From Candidatus Woesearchaeota archaeon (GTDB lineage: Archaea; Nanobdellota; Nanobdellia; Pacearchaeales; UBA284), in the NCBI GenBank assembly GCA_964493265.1, contig CAZBLY010000002.1, forward strand, positions 43,962 through 90,145: a stretch of 46,184 nucleotides of DNA. Direction: 5' to 3'. Both the position numbers and the translations under genes were made by a program. Numbering within the stretch: position 1 is the first letter of the stretch; the number at the start of each line of letters is the position of its first letter. The notes under the pieces were generated by a model that was given only the letters and a program-made list of their open reading frames with translations, had not been told where the DNA came from and searched no databases. This document shows positions 17,378-26,705 of the stretch, one piece after another.

Positions 17378-17857
17378 ATGGTAGCAATAGATTTAACAGG
17401 AATTTCATCTTTTATTCCTGTTTTTGGTTTCTTACTAATTTTTGTAGTTACTTATGCTCTTTTAGGTAAGACACAAGCTTTAGGAGAAAACAAGTTTGTT
17501 CATATTTTTGTTTCATTTGCAATATCTATAATTTTTCTTGTTTCAGCAAATGCTGTAAATTATGTTAAAATAATTGCTCCCTGGTTTGCTGCTTTTATTG
17601 TTTCCTTATTATTTATTGTTCTTCTTGTTGGATTAATTAAAAAAGATATTGATACTTTTTTCAACCCACGTTTTGCTTGGGTTTTAGTAGCAGCATTAAT
17701 TATTGTTTTTATTGTTTCAGCAATTTTTGTTTTTGGCGATCTTCTTAGCAAATATTTCGCAGGACCAAAAACTTTTTTAATGCAACCACAAATAATCGGT
17801 ATTATTGTCCTTTTAGGAATAACAGTATTTGCCGCATGGCTTCTAACAAGGAAATAA
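17378..17857 (+). CDS. Multi-pass membrane protein, paralog 3
   Basis: Motif FGFLLIFVVTYALLGKTQALGENKF. Hydrophobic throughout. Confidence 0.6.
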   Translation: MVAIDLTGISSFIPVFGFLLIFVVTYALLGKTQALGENKFVHIFVSFAISIIFLVSANAVNYVKIIAPWFAAFIVSLLFIVLLVGLIKKDIDTFFNPRFAWVLVAALIIVFIVSAIFVFGDLLSKYFAGPKTFLMQPQIIGIIVLLGITVFAAWLLTRK

Positions 17858-17943
17858 ATAAAAATTTTTTCTTTCAGTTTTTTAATAAATTATATAAGCT
17901 TCTTTTTCCATAATTTTACAATAAGAAAGATAAAAGAGATAAA

Positions 17944-18513
17944 ATGAATAAGAAATTTTTGTTGATATTTGTAATTGCAACATTTATGTGCTTTTTTATT
18001 CTAAATTCTCAAGTAAAGGCAGACTGCATCGGAGCAACAACAAATTTTACTTGCGGAGATACTGTAACTGAATCTTGCACATTAAATCAATCAGAACCTG
18101 AACATAATGATAGCTGTTTTATAATAAATGCCAATGATACAATTATAGATTGTAATGGTTATAATTTAACAGGAAATGGAAGTATTGATTCTTCTGGAAA
18201 AGGTTTTATAGGAACAAACCTTGATAATGTAACAATAAAAGATTGTATTATTGTTGATTTTGATTATGGTATATGGATTAATTATTCCACCCACTTAATA
18301 ATCTATAATAATACTCTTACTTCTAACCAATATGGCGGAATTGGTTTGAATGCTACTAGTTATAGTAATTTATCAAGTAATATTGCTAGCCAAAATAGAC
18401 TCTATTCTTTTTATATAGGATACAATTCTTCTCATAATTTTATTTATAACAATCTGTTTAATTCTTCACAACTTGTTGGAGGGGGGGCCAATGGCAGGTC
18501 TTTTTGCTCTTAA
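17944..18513 (+). CDS. Secreted parallel beta-helix (PbH1/NosD-like) repeat protein, N-terminal fragment ending just after a G7 tract
   Basis: Signal peptide MNKKFLLIFVIATFMCFFILNSQVKA. Repeats such as IIYNNTLTSNQYGGIGLNATSYSNLSSNIASQN. The frame terminates 24 nt after the G run. Confidence 0.6.
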   Translation: MNKKFLLIFVIATFMCFFILNSQVKADCIGATTNFTCGDTVTESCTLNQSEPEHNDSCFIINANDTIIDCNGYNLTGNGSIDSSGKGFIGTNLDNVTIKDCIIVDFDYGIWINYSTHLIIYNNTLTSNQYGGIGLNATSYSNLSSNIASQNRLYSFYIGYNSSHNFIYNNLFNSSQLVGGGANGRSFCS

Positions 18514-20419
18514 AGAATTTAATTATAATAATATAACACAAAATATAGCAACATACAATGAAGATATTGGAATAAGAATATTAAATGGTTCACATAATAC
18601 AATTTCGTATAATAATATCGGCCATAATTGTAATGGTTTAATTATTAGAACTTATTCATATAATAATACTATCACAAATAATCACCTGGAATATAATGGT
18701 GTGGGAACTTGTGGCGCTGCACCATCTCTTAATCTTTATGATTATGCACAAAACAATATCGTTGAGAATAATGTAATTAAATCAAACTCAGACTCGGGAA
18801 TTACTATATATCAAGTATCTAATAGTAATTTAATAAGAAATAATACATTAACAAATAATACAGAAGGAATTAATATTGGGGGGACTTTTACAAGTTCATC
18901 TTATAATAAGATTTTCAATAATATTATCAATAAATGTAATGATGGAGTCATTTTTGGTTATGGATGGTATAATGTTGTGAAGAACAACACAATTAATAAT
19001 TCTAAGAATTATGGTATATCTATTTCTAATTTTGCATTTGAAAATTTAGTTTGGAATAGTTGGATAATAAATTCAACAACAAAAGATGTCTATATTCTAG
19101 GCACAACAAATCCAAATATTACTTTTCTTAATGTTTCCTTCAACAATAGCCATGTTCAACTTCAACATGGAAAGCTGTCTATTAAATGGTATCTAGATGC
19201 TTATGTTAATTATTCTGATGGAAATCCAGTTTCTGGAGCTTATGTAACAGCCTATATAGATGATTATTGTGAGGGTGTTGCTGATGCTTGTAGCGATTTT
19301 AAATTTTTTCCATATGGTTGTGAAGAACATTATGGATGCACGTGGAATGATCCTTTGTGTCAAGGGACAGCCATTCCATGTAGTAATATCGCAAATTCTT
19401 CAGGTTGCAATCAACAACATGGCTGTTCTTGGACCTCCCCAGATATAATTAATGTAACAACTAATTCTTCTGGTTATATTCAAAGACAAAATATTACAGA
19501 ATATTATGATACTTCTTATGGTAAAGTATATTTAACAAACTATTCCATCAATGCAAGCATAAATCCACATTCTGAAACAGAATCCGTTAATTTAACAACA
19601 AATAAAATAATAGATGATAATACGGAAATAGTTTTGACAATCACAGAAGAGCCAACAACCCTCACAGCAATCTACCAACCATCACTTTACACAAACACCT
19701 ATTTTAATATTAGGGCAAATTATTCAACAACATCAGGAACTCCAATCAGCGGAGCAACTTGCAACCTAACAATAATCCCAAGCTTAGATGGTGTTGCAGC
19801 ATCTTCTTTTTATGTTATGGGTTATAATTCAGGAACAGGACTTTATGAAACCCTCGGACTTGCAACATCGTTTGCAGATACATATTCAATTGTAATAGAA
19901 TGTGGAAAACAATATTATCAATTTCAATCAGGAGCAGGATCCTTCACTGTAAATGAACAGTCTGGTGGAGGTGGTGGAGGTGGTAGTAGTCCAGGACAAG
20001 AACCTGTTTGTGGAAATAAGATATGTGAAGAAGGAGAAACTTGTATTAATTGTCCAAATGACTGTGTTTGTGTTTGCGGAAATGATATTTGCGAGCCAGG
20101 AGAAACTTATAAAACATGTAATGAAGATTGTTGTGCTCCAGAAGGAATTCAAGTTAGTCCTCCTTATAATTGCTGTCCTGGTTTAATTTCTGTTTCAGAC
20201 TGCTTATTTGGACCCTGCCCTTTTTCAATTAGATATTGTATAAGATGCGGTGATGGTATTTGCAAAGAATATGAAACAATAAAAAATTGTCCAGAAGATT
20301 GCGGTGTTTGTAATTTTAATATTCCAATAAAAATAAGATTTGTTAAAGGAACTAGCGGCGGAGTTGTTCCTCAACAACCAACCCAACCAGAAGAACCTAG
20401 CCAGCCAGGATTAAGATAA
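18473..20419 (+). CDS. Parallel beta-helix repeat surface protein, C-terminal fragment with Cys-rich CGxxICExxE...C..DC repeats
   Basis: Beta-helix repeats continue immediately (NITQNIATYNEDIGIRILNGSHNTISYNNIGHN). Many N-x-S/T sequons, a G6SS linker and three Cys-rich repeats follow. The first ATG in this frame is at 18491; the track start is TTG. Confidence 0.6.
   Translation: MLEGGPMAGLFALKEFNYNNITQNIATYNEDIGIRILNGSHNTISYNNIGHNCNGLIIRTYSYNNTITNNHLEYNGVGTCGAAPSLNLYDYAQNNIVENNVIKSNSDSGITIYQVSNSNLIRNNTLTNNTEGINIGGTFTSSSYNKIFNNIINKCNDGVIFGYGWYNVVKNNTINNSKNYGISISNFAFENLVWNSWIINSTTKDVYILGTTNPNITFLNVSFNNSHVQLQHGKLSIKWYLDAYVNYSDGNPVSGAYVTAYIDDYCEGVADACSDFKFFPYGCEEHYGCTWNDPLCQGTAIPCSNIANSSGCNQQHGCSWTSPDIINVTTNSSGYIQRQNITEYYDTSYGKVYLTNYSINASINPHSETESVNLTTNKIIDDNTEIVLTITEEPTTLTAIYQPSLYTNTYFNIRANYSTTSGTPISGATCNLTIIPSLDGVAASSFYVMGYNSGTGLYETLGLATSFADTYSIVIECGKQYYQFQSGAGSFTVNEQSGGGGGGGSSPGQEPVCGNKICEEGETCINCPNDCVCVCGNDICEPGETYKTCNEDCCAPEGIQVSPPYNCCPGLISVSDCLFGPCPFSIRYCIRCGDGICKEYETIKNCPEDCGVCNFNIPIKIRFVKGTSGGVVPQQPTQPEEPSQPGLR
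18481..18487 (+). repeat. Homopolymeric G7 tract at the junction of the two beta-helix ORFs
   Basis: The sequence ttggaGGGGGGGccaatg lies in an otherwise AT-rich gene. Removing one G joins the two frames. Confidence 0.9.
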
Positions 20420-20430
20420 AATCAATTAAT

Positions 20431-21801
20431 TCAGAATAATTTTCTACCGAATTTTTTCGCTAATTTTTGAAGAGTTTTTTTATCCATTTGGCCTGGACCA
20501 AGATCTTGCATTCCTCCTTTTGCTCCAGAAACCAATTCTTTAACAACTTTATATTGTTTAATTAATGTTCTGATGTCTGCAGTTGAAACATTACTTCCTT
20601 TAGCTATTCTTGCAATTCTTCCTGAACTAAGAACATCAGGATTTTCTCTTTCTTCTGGAGTCATACTATCAATTGCATATCTCCATTTTTTTAACTTGGA
20701 TTCTTGAACATCAAAAACCCCTGGAAGTTTTGTTTTAATATTACCCATTCCAGGAATCATTTCAGCGATCTTACTCATTGGACCCATTGATTGCATTGCT
20801 TTAATTTGATCATAAAAATCATTTAATGTGAATTTACCTTCCTTAAGTCTTGTTTCTATTTTTTTCTGTTCTTTTTCTTCAACAGCTGATTTTGCTTTTT
20901 CTAGCAAGCCTTTAAGGTCACCCATTCCTAATAAACGGGATACAAAAGCACTTGGATCAAAAGTTTCTATATCTTGTAATTTTTCTCCTGTTCCAATAAA
21001 AATAACTTTGGCATTAGTTTCAGAACAACTAACTAAAGCCCCTCCACCTTTTGCTGTTCCATCCATTCTTGTAATAATGACTCCATCAATTTTTCCTGTT
21101 TTATTAAATCCTTGGGCTTGTTTAGATGCTGCCTTACCTATATCTGCAGGCATTACTAGAATTACAAGATTTGGTTTTATTTCACGATAGAGAGATTTAA
21201 GTTCATTAATTAAGGAGTTATTTAAAATATCTCTTCCAGCAGTATCAATAATAACTAAATTATATTTTTTAAGTTTGTCTTCAAAATTTTTCCATATTTT
21301 TCCAGCTTGTTTTTCTTTTTTATCAATCATGTAACCCAGGTTTGCTTTTTTTGCAAGTTGTTCAAGTTGTTCTGGTGCTGCGGGACGATGAACATCCAAA
21401 CCAACTAAGCAAGTTTTGTAGCCTCTTTTACCATAATAAAAACCCAATTTGGCTGCCGTGGTTGTCTTACCCGCACCATACAAACCAAGAAGCATAATTT
21501 TGAATGGCTTCTTTTTTTTATCTATTTTAATTTCCTGTTCTTCTTTTCCTAAAATTTCAATAAGTTCATCATGAATTAGTTTTATTATTTTTTCCTTTTT
21601 TTCTAGGCCTGGAATTTTTTGGCCTGCTTTTTTTCTTATTTTTTCACAAAGTGTGTTGGTTGTTTTAATATCAACATCAGCTTCAAGTAAAGAATATTTG
21701 AGATCTTTGATAATTTCTTCAGTAATCTTTTTATCAATAAATACAGCCCCAGCTAGCTTTGACATTGTTTTTTTCAATACATCGCCGAGTCTGTCTAACA
21801 T
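20431..21801 (-). CDS. srp54: Signal recognition particle protein SRP54
   Basis: N domain, G domain with GLYGAGKTTTAAKLG, DTAGR and TRMDG motifs, and a Met-rich M domain (MQSMGPMSKIAEMIPGMG). Confidence 0.95.
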   Translation of the reverse strand: MLDRLGDVLKKTMSKLAGAVFIDKKITEEIIKDLKYSLLEADVDIKTTNTLCEKIRKKAGQKIPGLEKKEKIIKLIHDELIEILGKEEQEIKIDKKKKPFKIMLLGLYGAGKTTTAAKLGFYYGKRGYKTCLVGLDVHRPAAPEQLEQLAKKANLGYMIDKKEKQAGKIWKNFEDKLKKYNLVIIDTAGRDILNNSLINELKSLYREIKPNLVILVMPADIGKAASKQAQGFNKTGKIDGVIITRMDGTAKGGGALVSCSETNAKVIFIGTGEKLQDIETFDPSAFVSRLLGMGDLKGLLEKAKSAVEEKEQKKIETRLKEGKFTLNDFYDQIKAMQSMGPMSKIAEMIPGMGNIKTKLPGVFDVQESKLKKWRYAIDSMTPEERENPDVLSSGRIARIAKGSNVSTADIRTLIKQYKVVKELVSGAKGGMQDLGPGQMDKKTLQKLAKKFGRKLF

Positions 21802-21922
21802 ATTAAAATCAAGAGTAAGGAATTTATAAAACTTTATAGTAATCTAAATATTTAAAAGGAAAGAGTCTGTTATTTATTGGTTAAAGTTGAAAGAGGTAAA
21901 TAAAACAAATAAAACAAATAAA

Positions 21923-22825
21923 ATGAAATTAAAACAGAATATATTTTTATTTGTATTTTTAATATTTGTTTTAAGTTTTTTAATTAATATTCCAAAAGTT
22001 ATGGCTATTGAAGGGGTTTTTCATCTTGATATCACATTATTAAATCAAGACCCATATCCTGCTGAACCAAATAGTTATGTTGATTTAGTTTTTCAAATTG
22101 AGAATAATGGGGATAGAATAGCGCAAGACACCATGGTTGAGCTTATTTTAGATTATCCTTTTTCTTTAGATGCTGGAACTAGTTCAATTCAAAGTATAGG
22201 AACAATAAGAATCATGCATATTGATGAAAAGCCTATTTTAGTTAAATATAAAGTGAAAGTTGACAAAGATGCTCTTGACGGAGATAATGAAATTATATTA
22301 CATTATACGTGCAATACAGGAGGAACATGGAGCAGTTATAATGAAGAAAAATTTAATATTAATATAGAAGAGTCAAAAACAGATTTTGATGTAGCAATAC
22401 AAGATTTTTCACCTTTAACAAATTCTTTAAGTTTGGCTATTGCAAACATAGGTAATAAAGATGCTAATTCTGTTACAATAGTTTTGCCTGAACAAGCCGC
22501 AATTGAGATTTTAGGTTCAAATAAAAATATTGTGGGGGGAATAGAAACAAATGACTATACTATAGCTTCTTTTAAAATTCTGCCTAAAAAAGACGATTCT
22601 TTAATTGTTCAAATATCTTATACTGATAACATAGGTATAAGAAGAGAGGTAGAAAAAACAGTTATGTTTAAATCTTCAACTTATGGTTTGGATGGAAAAA
22701 GCAGCAGCAAGAGTAATTTTAAAGCTATAATTTATGTTGTTATTGGAATAATAGGAATAATAATTATTTTTATTTTGTTCAGAATTCTAAAAAAGAAAAG
22801 AAGAAAAAAATCAAAAATAATTTAA
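21923..22825 (+). CDS. Secreted Ig-like/COG1361-type envelope protein with C-terminal membrane anchor
   Basis: Signal peptide MKLKQNIFLFVFLIFVLSFLINIPKVMA. LNQDPYPAEPNSYVDLVFQIENNGD is typical of the archaeal COG1361 'S-layer domain' family. C-terminal TM plus KKKRRKKSK tail. The track start at 21887 is TTG. Confidence 0.55.
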   Translation: MKLKQNIFLFVFLIFVLSFLINIPKVMAIEGVFHLDITLLNQDPYPAEPNSYVDLVFQIENNGDRIAQDTMVELILDYPFSLDAGTSSIQSIGTIRIMHIDEKPILVKYKVKVDKDALDGDNEIILHYTCNTGGTWSSYNEEKFNINIEESKTDFDVAIQDFSPLTNSLSLAIANIGNKDANSVTIVLPEQAAIEILGSNKNIVGGIETNDYTIASFKILPKKDDSLIVQISYTDNIGIRREVEKTVMFKSSTYGLDGKSSSKSNFKAIIYVVIGIIGIIIIFILFRILKKKRRKKSKII

Positions 22826-22867
22826 ATAATCTAGATAACAAATAATAAATAGTAATAAATTGATAAG

Positions 22868-24112
22868 ATGAAATTTAAAGATTCATTTAAATTTGCTTTA
22901 AATAATTTAACTACAAGAGGTTTAAGGAGTTGGTTAACTATTATTGGAATAATTATAGGTGTTGCAGCAATAGTTGCTATAGTTTCTGTTGGACAAGGAC
23001 TCCAAGGAACTATTCAAAATCAATTAAGTAGTTTAGGTAGTGATATTATTTATGTTTTACCTGGTTCTTCTCTTGAATATAGTTTTATGCAAAGTCTAGC
23101 TCCAGAACCTGGTAATTTAACAGAAAAAGATTTGAAACTAATAAAAATTGTAGAAGGAGTTCTTTATGTTGCTCCAGAAATAGTTGGAATGGTAGATATG
23201 GAATATTCGGGTAATACTAAAAATCTTTATCTTTTAGGTACTGATGAAAACTGGAAAAAAGTTAGAGAAAGTAGTGCCGGTCTTGAATCAGGAAGATTTT
23301 TAATGAAAGGCGACAAAAATGTTGTTGTTTTGGGTAATAAAATTGCAACAGATGCTTTTGATAAACCCATTTATATTGGTTCTCAAATAAAAATTGAGGG
23401 TGATTCTTTTAGAGTTATAGGAATTTTAGAAGAATTTGGCGGAATGGCTGGAATGGGTGAAGATAGTTATATTTTTGTAAGTCTTGAAGATGCAAAAGAA
23501 TATTCTTCATTTGGTTCTAATGAAGAAGAATATTATGCTATGGAAGTTAGGGTTGAATCTGAAAGAACTGAGGAAATTGCTGAAAAAATAAAACAACAAT
23601 TAATGATTTCAAGACATGTTAATGAAGAAAATATTAATTTTGGTATTATGACTCCAAAAATGATTTCATCAATAGTTAGTAATATACTTAATGCAATAAA
23701 TTTATTTTTATATGGGATTGCAGCAATTTCTCTTTTAGTTGGGGCTGTAGGAATTGCAAATACAATGTTTACTTCAGTTACAGAAAGAACTAGACAGATA
23801 GGAATTCTTAAAGCATTAGGTATGACAAATAAAGGGGTGATGAATCTTTTTCTTGTTGAATCTGCTTTAATTGGTTTTGTTGGAGGGATTCTTGGACTTT
23901 TCATAGGCTTTGTCATTTCTGGAATAATCGGGCAAGCAGCTACATTTATGTTAGCTACTACAATGATTGGTGGAGGATCATTAGTTTCTATAGGTCCTGG
24001 TTTAGTTATTTTTGCACTTTCATTTTCAGTTATAGTTGGAGTTATTTCAGGAATTTTTCCAGCTAGAAGAGCATCAAGACTTCAACCAGTAGAAGCTTTG
24101 AGATATGAATAA
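22868..24112 (+). CDS. ABC transporter permease, MacB/FtsX family
   Basis: N-terminal TM, large extracytoplasmic MacB-like domain, and a C-terminal FtsX 3-TM bundle (ERTRQIGILKALGMTNKGVMNLFLVESALIG). Confidence 0.85.
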   Translation: MKFKDSFKFALNNLTTRGLRSWLTIIGIIIGVAAIVAIVSVGQGLQGTIQNQLSSLGSDIIYVLPGSSLEYSFMQSLAPEPGNLTEKDLKLIKIVEGVLYVAPEIVGMVDMEYSGNTKNLYLLGTDENWKKVRESSAGLESGRFLMKGDKNVVVLGNKIATDAFDKPIYIGSQIKIEGDSFRVIGILEEFGGMAGMGEDSYIFVSLEDAKEYSSFGSNEEEYYAMEVRVESERTEEIAEKIKQQLMISRHVNEENINFGIMTPKMISSIVSNILNAINLFLYGIAAISLLVGAVGIANTMFTSVTERTRQIGILKALGMTNKGVMNLFLVESALIGFVGGILGLFIGFVISGIIGQAATFMLATTMIGGGSLVSIGPGLVIFALSFSVIVGVISGIFPARRASRLQPVEALRYE

Positions 24113-24138
24113 AATAAAAAAATATTCAAAAAAATAAA

Positions 24139-24867
24139 ATGAAAAACAAAAAATTCAAAAAAACAAAAAAAATCAAGAAAATCAAAAAAACAATAAAACC
24201 AAAAAAAGAAGCTTTGTCAGTAAAAGATTTGGCAAAAATTTATGAATTAGATGGTGTAAATGTAAAAGCCCTTAATGGGGTAACATTTAGCATTCCAAAA
24301 AATAAATTAACAATAATTATGGGGCATAGCGGTTCTGGGAAATCAACTCTTTTACATTTAATTGGTTGTTTAGATAAACCAAGCAGAGGAAAGGTGTTTT
24401 TAGGTGGTGTTGACACTTCTAAATTAACAGAGGATGAATTAGCTAGATTAAGAAATAAAAAAATTGGTTTTGTTTTTCAATTCTTTAATCTACACCCTTT
24501 ACTTACTGCTATAGAAAATGTTGAGTTGCCTTTAACAATAGCTAATGTATCAGGAATACAAAGAAGAAAAAAAGCTATGGAACTTCTTAGAATGGTTGAT
24601 TTAGAGAATAGGGCAGATCATCTACCAAATCAATTATCTGGTGGAGAACGGCAAAGAGTGGCTATAGCAAGATCTATGATTAATGAACCTTCGATTATTA
24701 TGGCTGATGAACCAACTGGAAATTTAGATACAAAATCAAGTAGCGAAATAATGAATACCCTAACAAAATTAAAAAAGAAAACCACAATTATCGTAGTGAC
24801 TCATGATCTGGAAATTACAGAAGATGCAGATAAAATTATAAAATTACGAGATGGAAAATTAGTTTGA
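24139..24867 (+). CDS. ABC transporter ATP-binding protein (MacB/LolD-type) with Lys-rich N-terminal extension
   Basis: Walker A GHSGSGKSTLL, Q-loop FVFQ, signature LSGGERQRVAIAR, Walker B IIMADEPTGNLD, H-loop VTHD. Confidence 0.9.
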   Translation: MKNKKFKKTKKIKKIKKTIKPKKEALSVKDLAKIYELDGVNVKALNGVTFSIPKNKLTIIMGHSGSGKSTLLHLIGCLDKPSRGKVFLGGVDTSKLTEDELARLRNKKIGFVFQFFNLHPLLTAIENVELPLTIANVSGIQRRKKAMELLRMVDLENRADHLPNQLSGGERQRVAIARSMINEPSIIMADEPTGNLDTKSSSEIMNTLTKLKKKTTIIVVTHDLEITEDADKIIKLRDGKLV

Positions 24868-25923
24868 AAATATACTTTTAATAAGTTCTTCTTTACTGAA
24901 TTTTTTTATCTGGTCATATTCTTGCCCAATTCCAAGAAAGATAATTGGTTTTTTTGTTACATAACTAACGCTAATCATTGCTCCACCTTTTTCATCAACA
25001 TCTGCTTTGGTAAGAATTATCGCATCTATTCCAATAGCTTCATGAAATGCTTTTGCTTGCTCAACAGCATCATTTCCAACTATAGCCTCGCCAACAAAAA
25101 CTTTTAAATCGGGTTTAGCCACCCTAATAATTTTTTCCATTTCTCTCATTAAATCTTTTTTAACATGAATCCTTCCAGCAGTATCAACTAAAACAACATC
25201 TATCCCTTTAGCTTTTGCATGAGCAATTGCATCAAAAGCAACAGCAGCAGGATCAGCTCCATAATTATGTTTAATAACTTTAACATCTAATTTAGAGCCG
25301 TGTTTTTCTAATTGTTCTATTGATGCCGCTCTAAAAGTATCAGATGCTGCAAGAATAGAATTAAGATTTTGATTTTTGAGCATATGAGAAATTTTAGCTA
25401 TTGTGGTTGTTTTACCAGAGCCATTAATTCCAAAAAAAACAATTGTATATGGTTTTTCTTTTTTTATTTTATATTTAATTTTTTCAATAAGATCAAAAGG
25501 TTCAATTAAAAGTTCATTTATGGTTTCTTTAAGGATATTTTTAATTTCTTCTTCAATTTTTCTTCTTGGAATTTCTTTTCCAATAAGTTTTTTCTTTAGA
25601 TTTTCTTTTAAAAATTGAATGGCTTCCATAGCCACATTATTTTCTATTAATGCTATTTCAAGTTCAGAAAAGAATTTATCAAAATTTTCTTCTCTTATTT
25701 TTACAAAGGTGGCTATTTTTCTTAATTTAGTCAGAAGATTTTCCTTTTTTTCTTCTGCTTTCTTTTTTACTTCTTTTGGTTCTTCTTTAATTTCTTTTTT
25801 TTGTTTTTTTATTTCTTTAATCTCTTTTTTTATTTCCTTTTCTTCCTTATCTTTTTGGTTTTCCAACTCTGTTTTTGTTTTGCTAAATACCTTTTTGAGT
25901 TTTTTCTTAAGGAAATTAAACAT
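24859..25923 (-). CDS. ftsY: SRP receptor FtsY
   Basis: K/E-rich N terminus. NG domain with GINGSGKTTTIAKI, DTAGR and TKADV motifs. Confidence 0.9.
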   Translation of the reverse strand: MFNFLKKKLKKVFSKTKTELENQKDKEEKEIKKEIKEIKKQKKEIKEEPKEVKKKAEEKKENLLTKLRKIATFVKIREENFDKFFSELEIALIENNVAMEAIQFLKENLKKKLIGKEIPRRKIEEEIKNILKETINELLIEPFDLIEKIKYKIKKEKPYTIVFFGINGSGKTTTIAKISHMLKNQNLNSILAASDTFRAASIEQLEKHGSKLDVKVIKHNYGADPAAVAFDAIAHAKAKGIDVVLVDTAGRIHVKKDLMREMEKIIRVAKPDLKVFVGEAIVGNDAVEQAKAFHEAIGIDAIILTKADVDEKGGAMISVSYVTKKPIIFLGIGQEYDQIKKFSKEELIKSIFSN

Positions 25924-25973
25924 GAAGCTGAGAAGTGAGAAATATTAATAAATGTTACTTTGCTTGTAAAATC

Positions 25974-26603
25974 ATGAAAAAGAGAAAAAAGAGAAAAAAA
26001 ATAAAAAAGAATAAAATATGTAAGATTTATATTTTTAGGCATGGCCAAACTTTTTATAATAGGGGGGGATATGAAAAAGATAAAAGATTTACTGGATTTA
26101 AAGATTCTGGCCTAACCCCCTTGGGAATTAGACAAGCTAAGATTGTTGCCAAAAAACTGAAAAATAAACATATAGATGTTGCTTTCTTTACAAGACTTTC
26201 TAGATCAAAAAATACTTTAAAAGAAGTTCTTAAATATCATCCAGAATGTAATATTCTTATTAAAAACGATAAGATGATTGAAAGAAGTTATGGAAAATTA
26301 GAGGGTTTTAAACATAAAACAATAATTAAAAAATATGGAGAGAAAAAATATCTTTTGTGGCACCGTTCTTATAATGTTCGCCCCCCTGGTGGCGAGAGTA
26401 TTAAAATGGTTGAAAAAAGAGTGAGCAGTTTTATTAAAAGTCTTTTAAAATTTATTAAGAAAAATAAAGTGAATGTTGCTTTATCAGCCCATGGCAATTC
26501 AATGAGGCCTTTTAGAAGATATTTTGAGAAATTCTCTATTAAGAAGATGATGAAATTAGAGATACCTTATGATAATTATTTTGAATATTCTATTAGATGT
26601 TGA
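25974..26603 (+). CDS. Histidine phosphatase family protein (dPGM-like)
   Basis: Motifs IFRHGQTFYN, ERSYGKLEG, PPGGES and SAHGNSMR. Lys-rich N-terminal tail. The track start at 25935 is GTG. Confidence 0.75.
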   Translation: MKKRKKRKKIKKNKICKIYIFRHGQTFYNRGGYEKDKRFTGFKDSGLTPLGIRQAKIVAKKLKNKHIDVAFFTRLSRSKNTLKEVLKYHPECNILIKNDKMIERSYGKLEGFKHKTIIKKYGEKKYLLWHRSYNVRPPGGESIKMVEKRVSSFIKSLLKFIKKNKVNVALSAHGNSMRPFRRYFEKFSIKKMMKLEIPYDNYFEYSIRC

Positions 26604-26705
26604 ATAAAGAAATTTAAGAAGATTTTTAAATTACTTATTATTATTCATTAGTAAGCTTAAAAAAGCTAAGGGAAAAGCTAAGAGGAAGTTAAAAGGAAAG
26701 ATAGA

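Noticed and set aside
19928-20186. ORFs 19928-20152 (minus), 19953-20186 (plus) and 19260-19448 overlapping the Cys-repeat region of the beta-helix protein.
   Set aside because: They are alternative frames of a region whose main frame shows a regular, repeated Cys motif.
20431-25923. Idea that the window is bacterial, because of the MacB/LolD-type ABC transporter, the FtsY/SRP54 pair and the Amidase_3 and LytM domains.
   Set aside because: TFB, RadA with HhH domain, Sm protein, EndA, r-proteins L44e/S3Ae/S8e, GINS and the A1-U72 tRNA-Gln are archaeal hallmarks spread over the whole window, on both sides of these genes.
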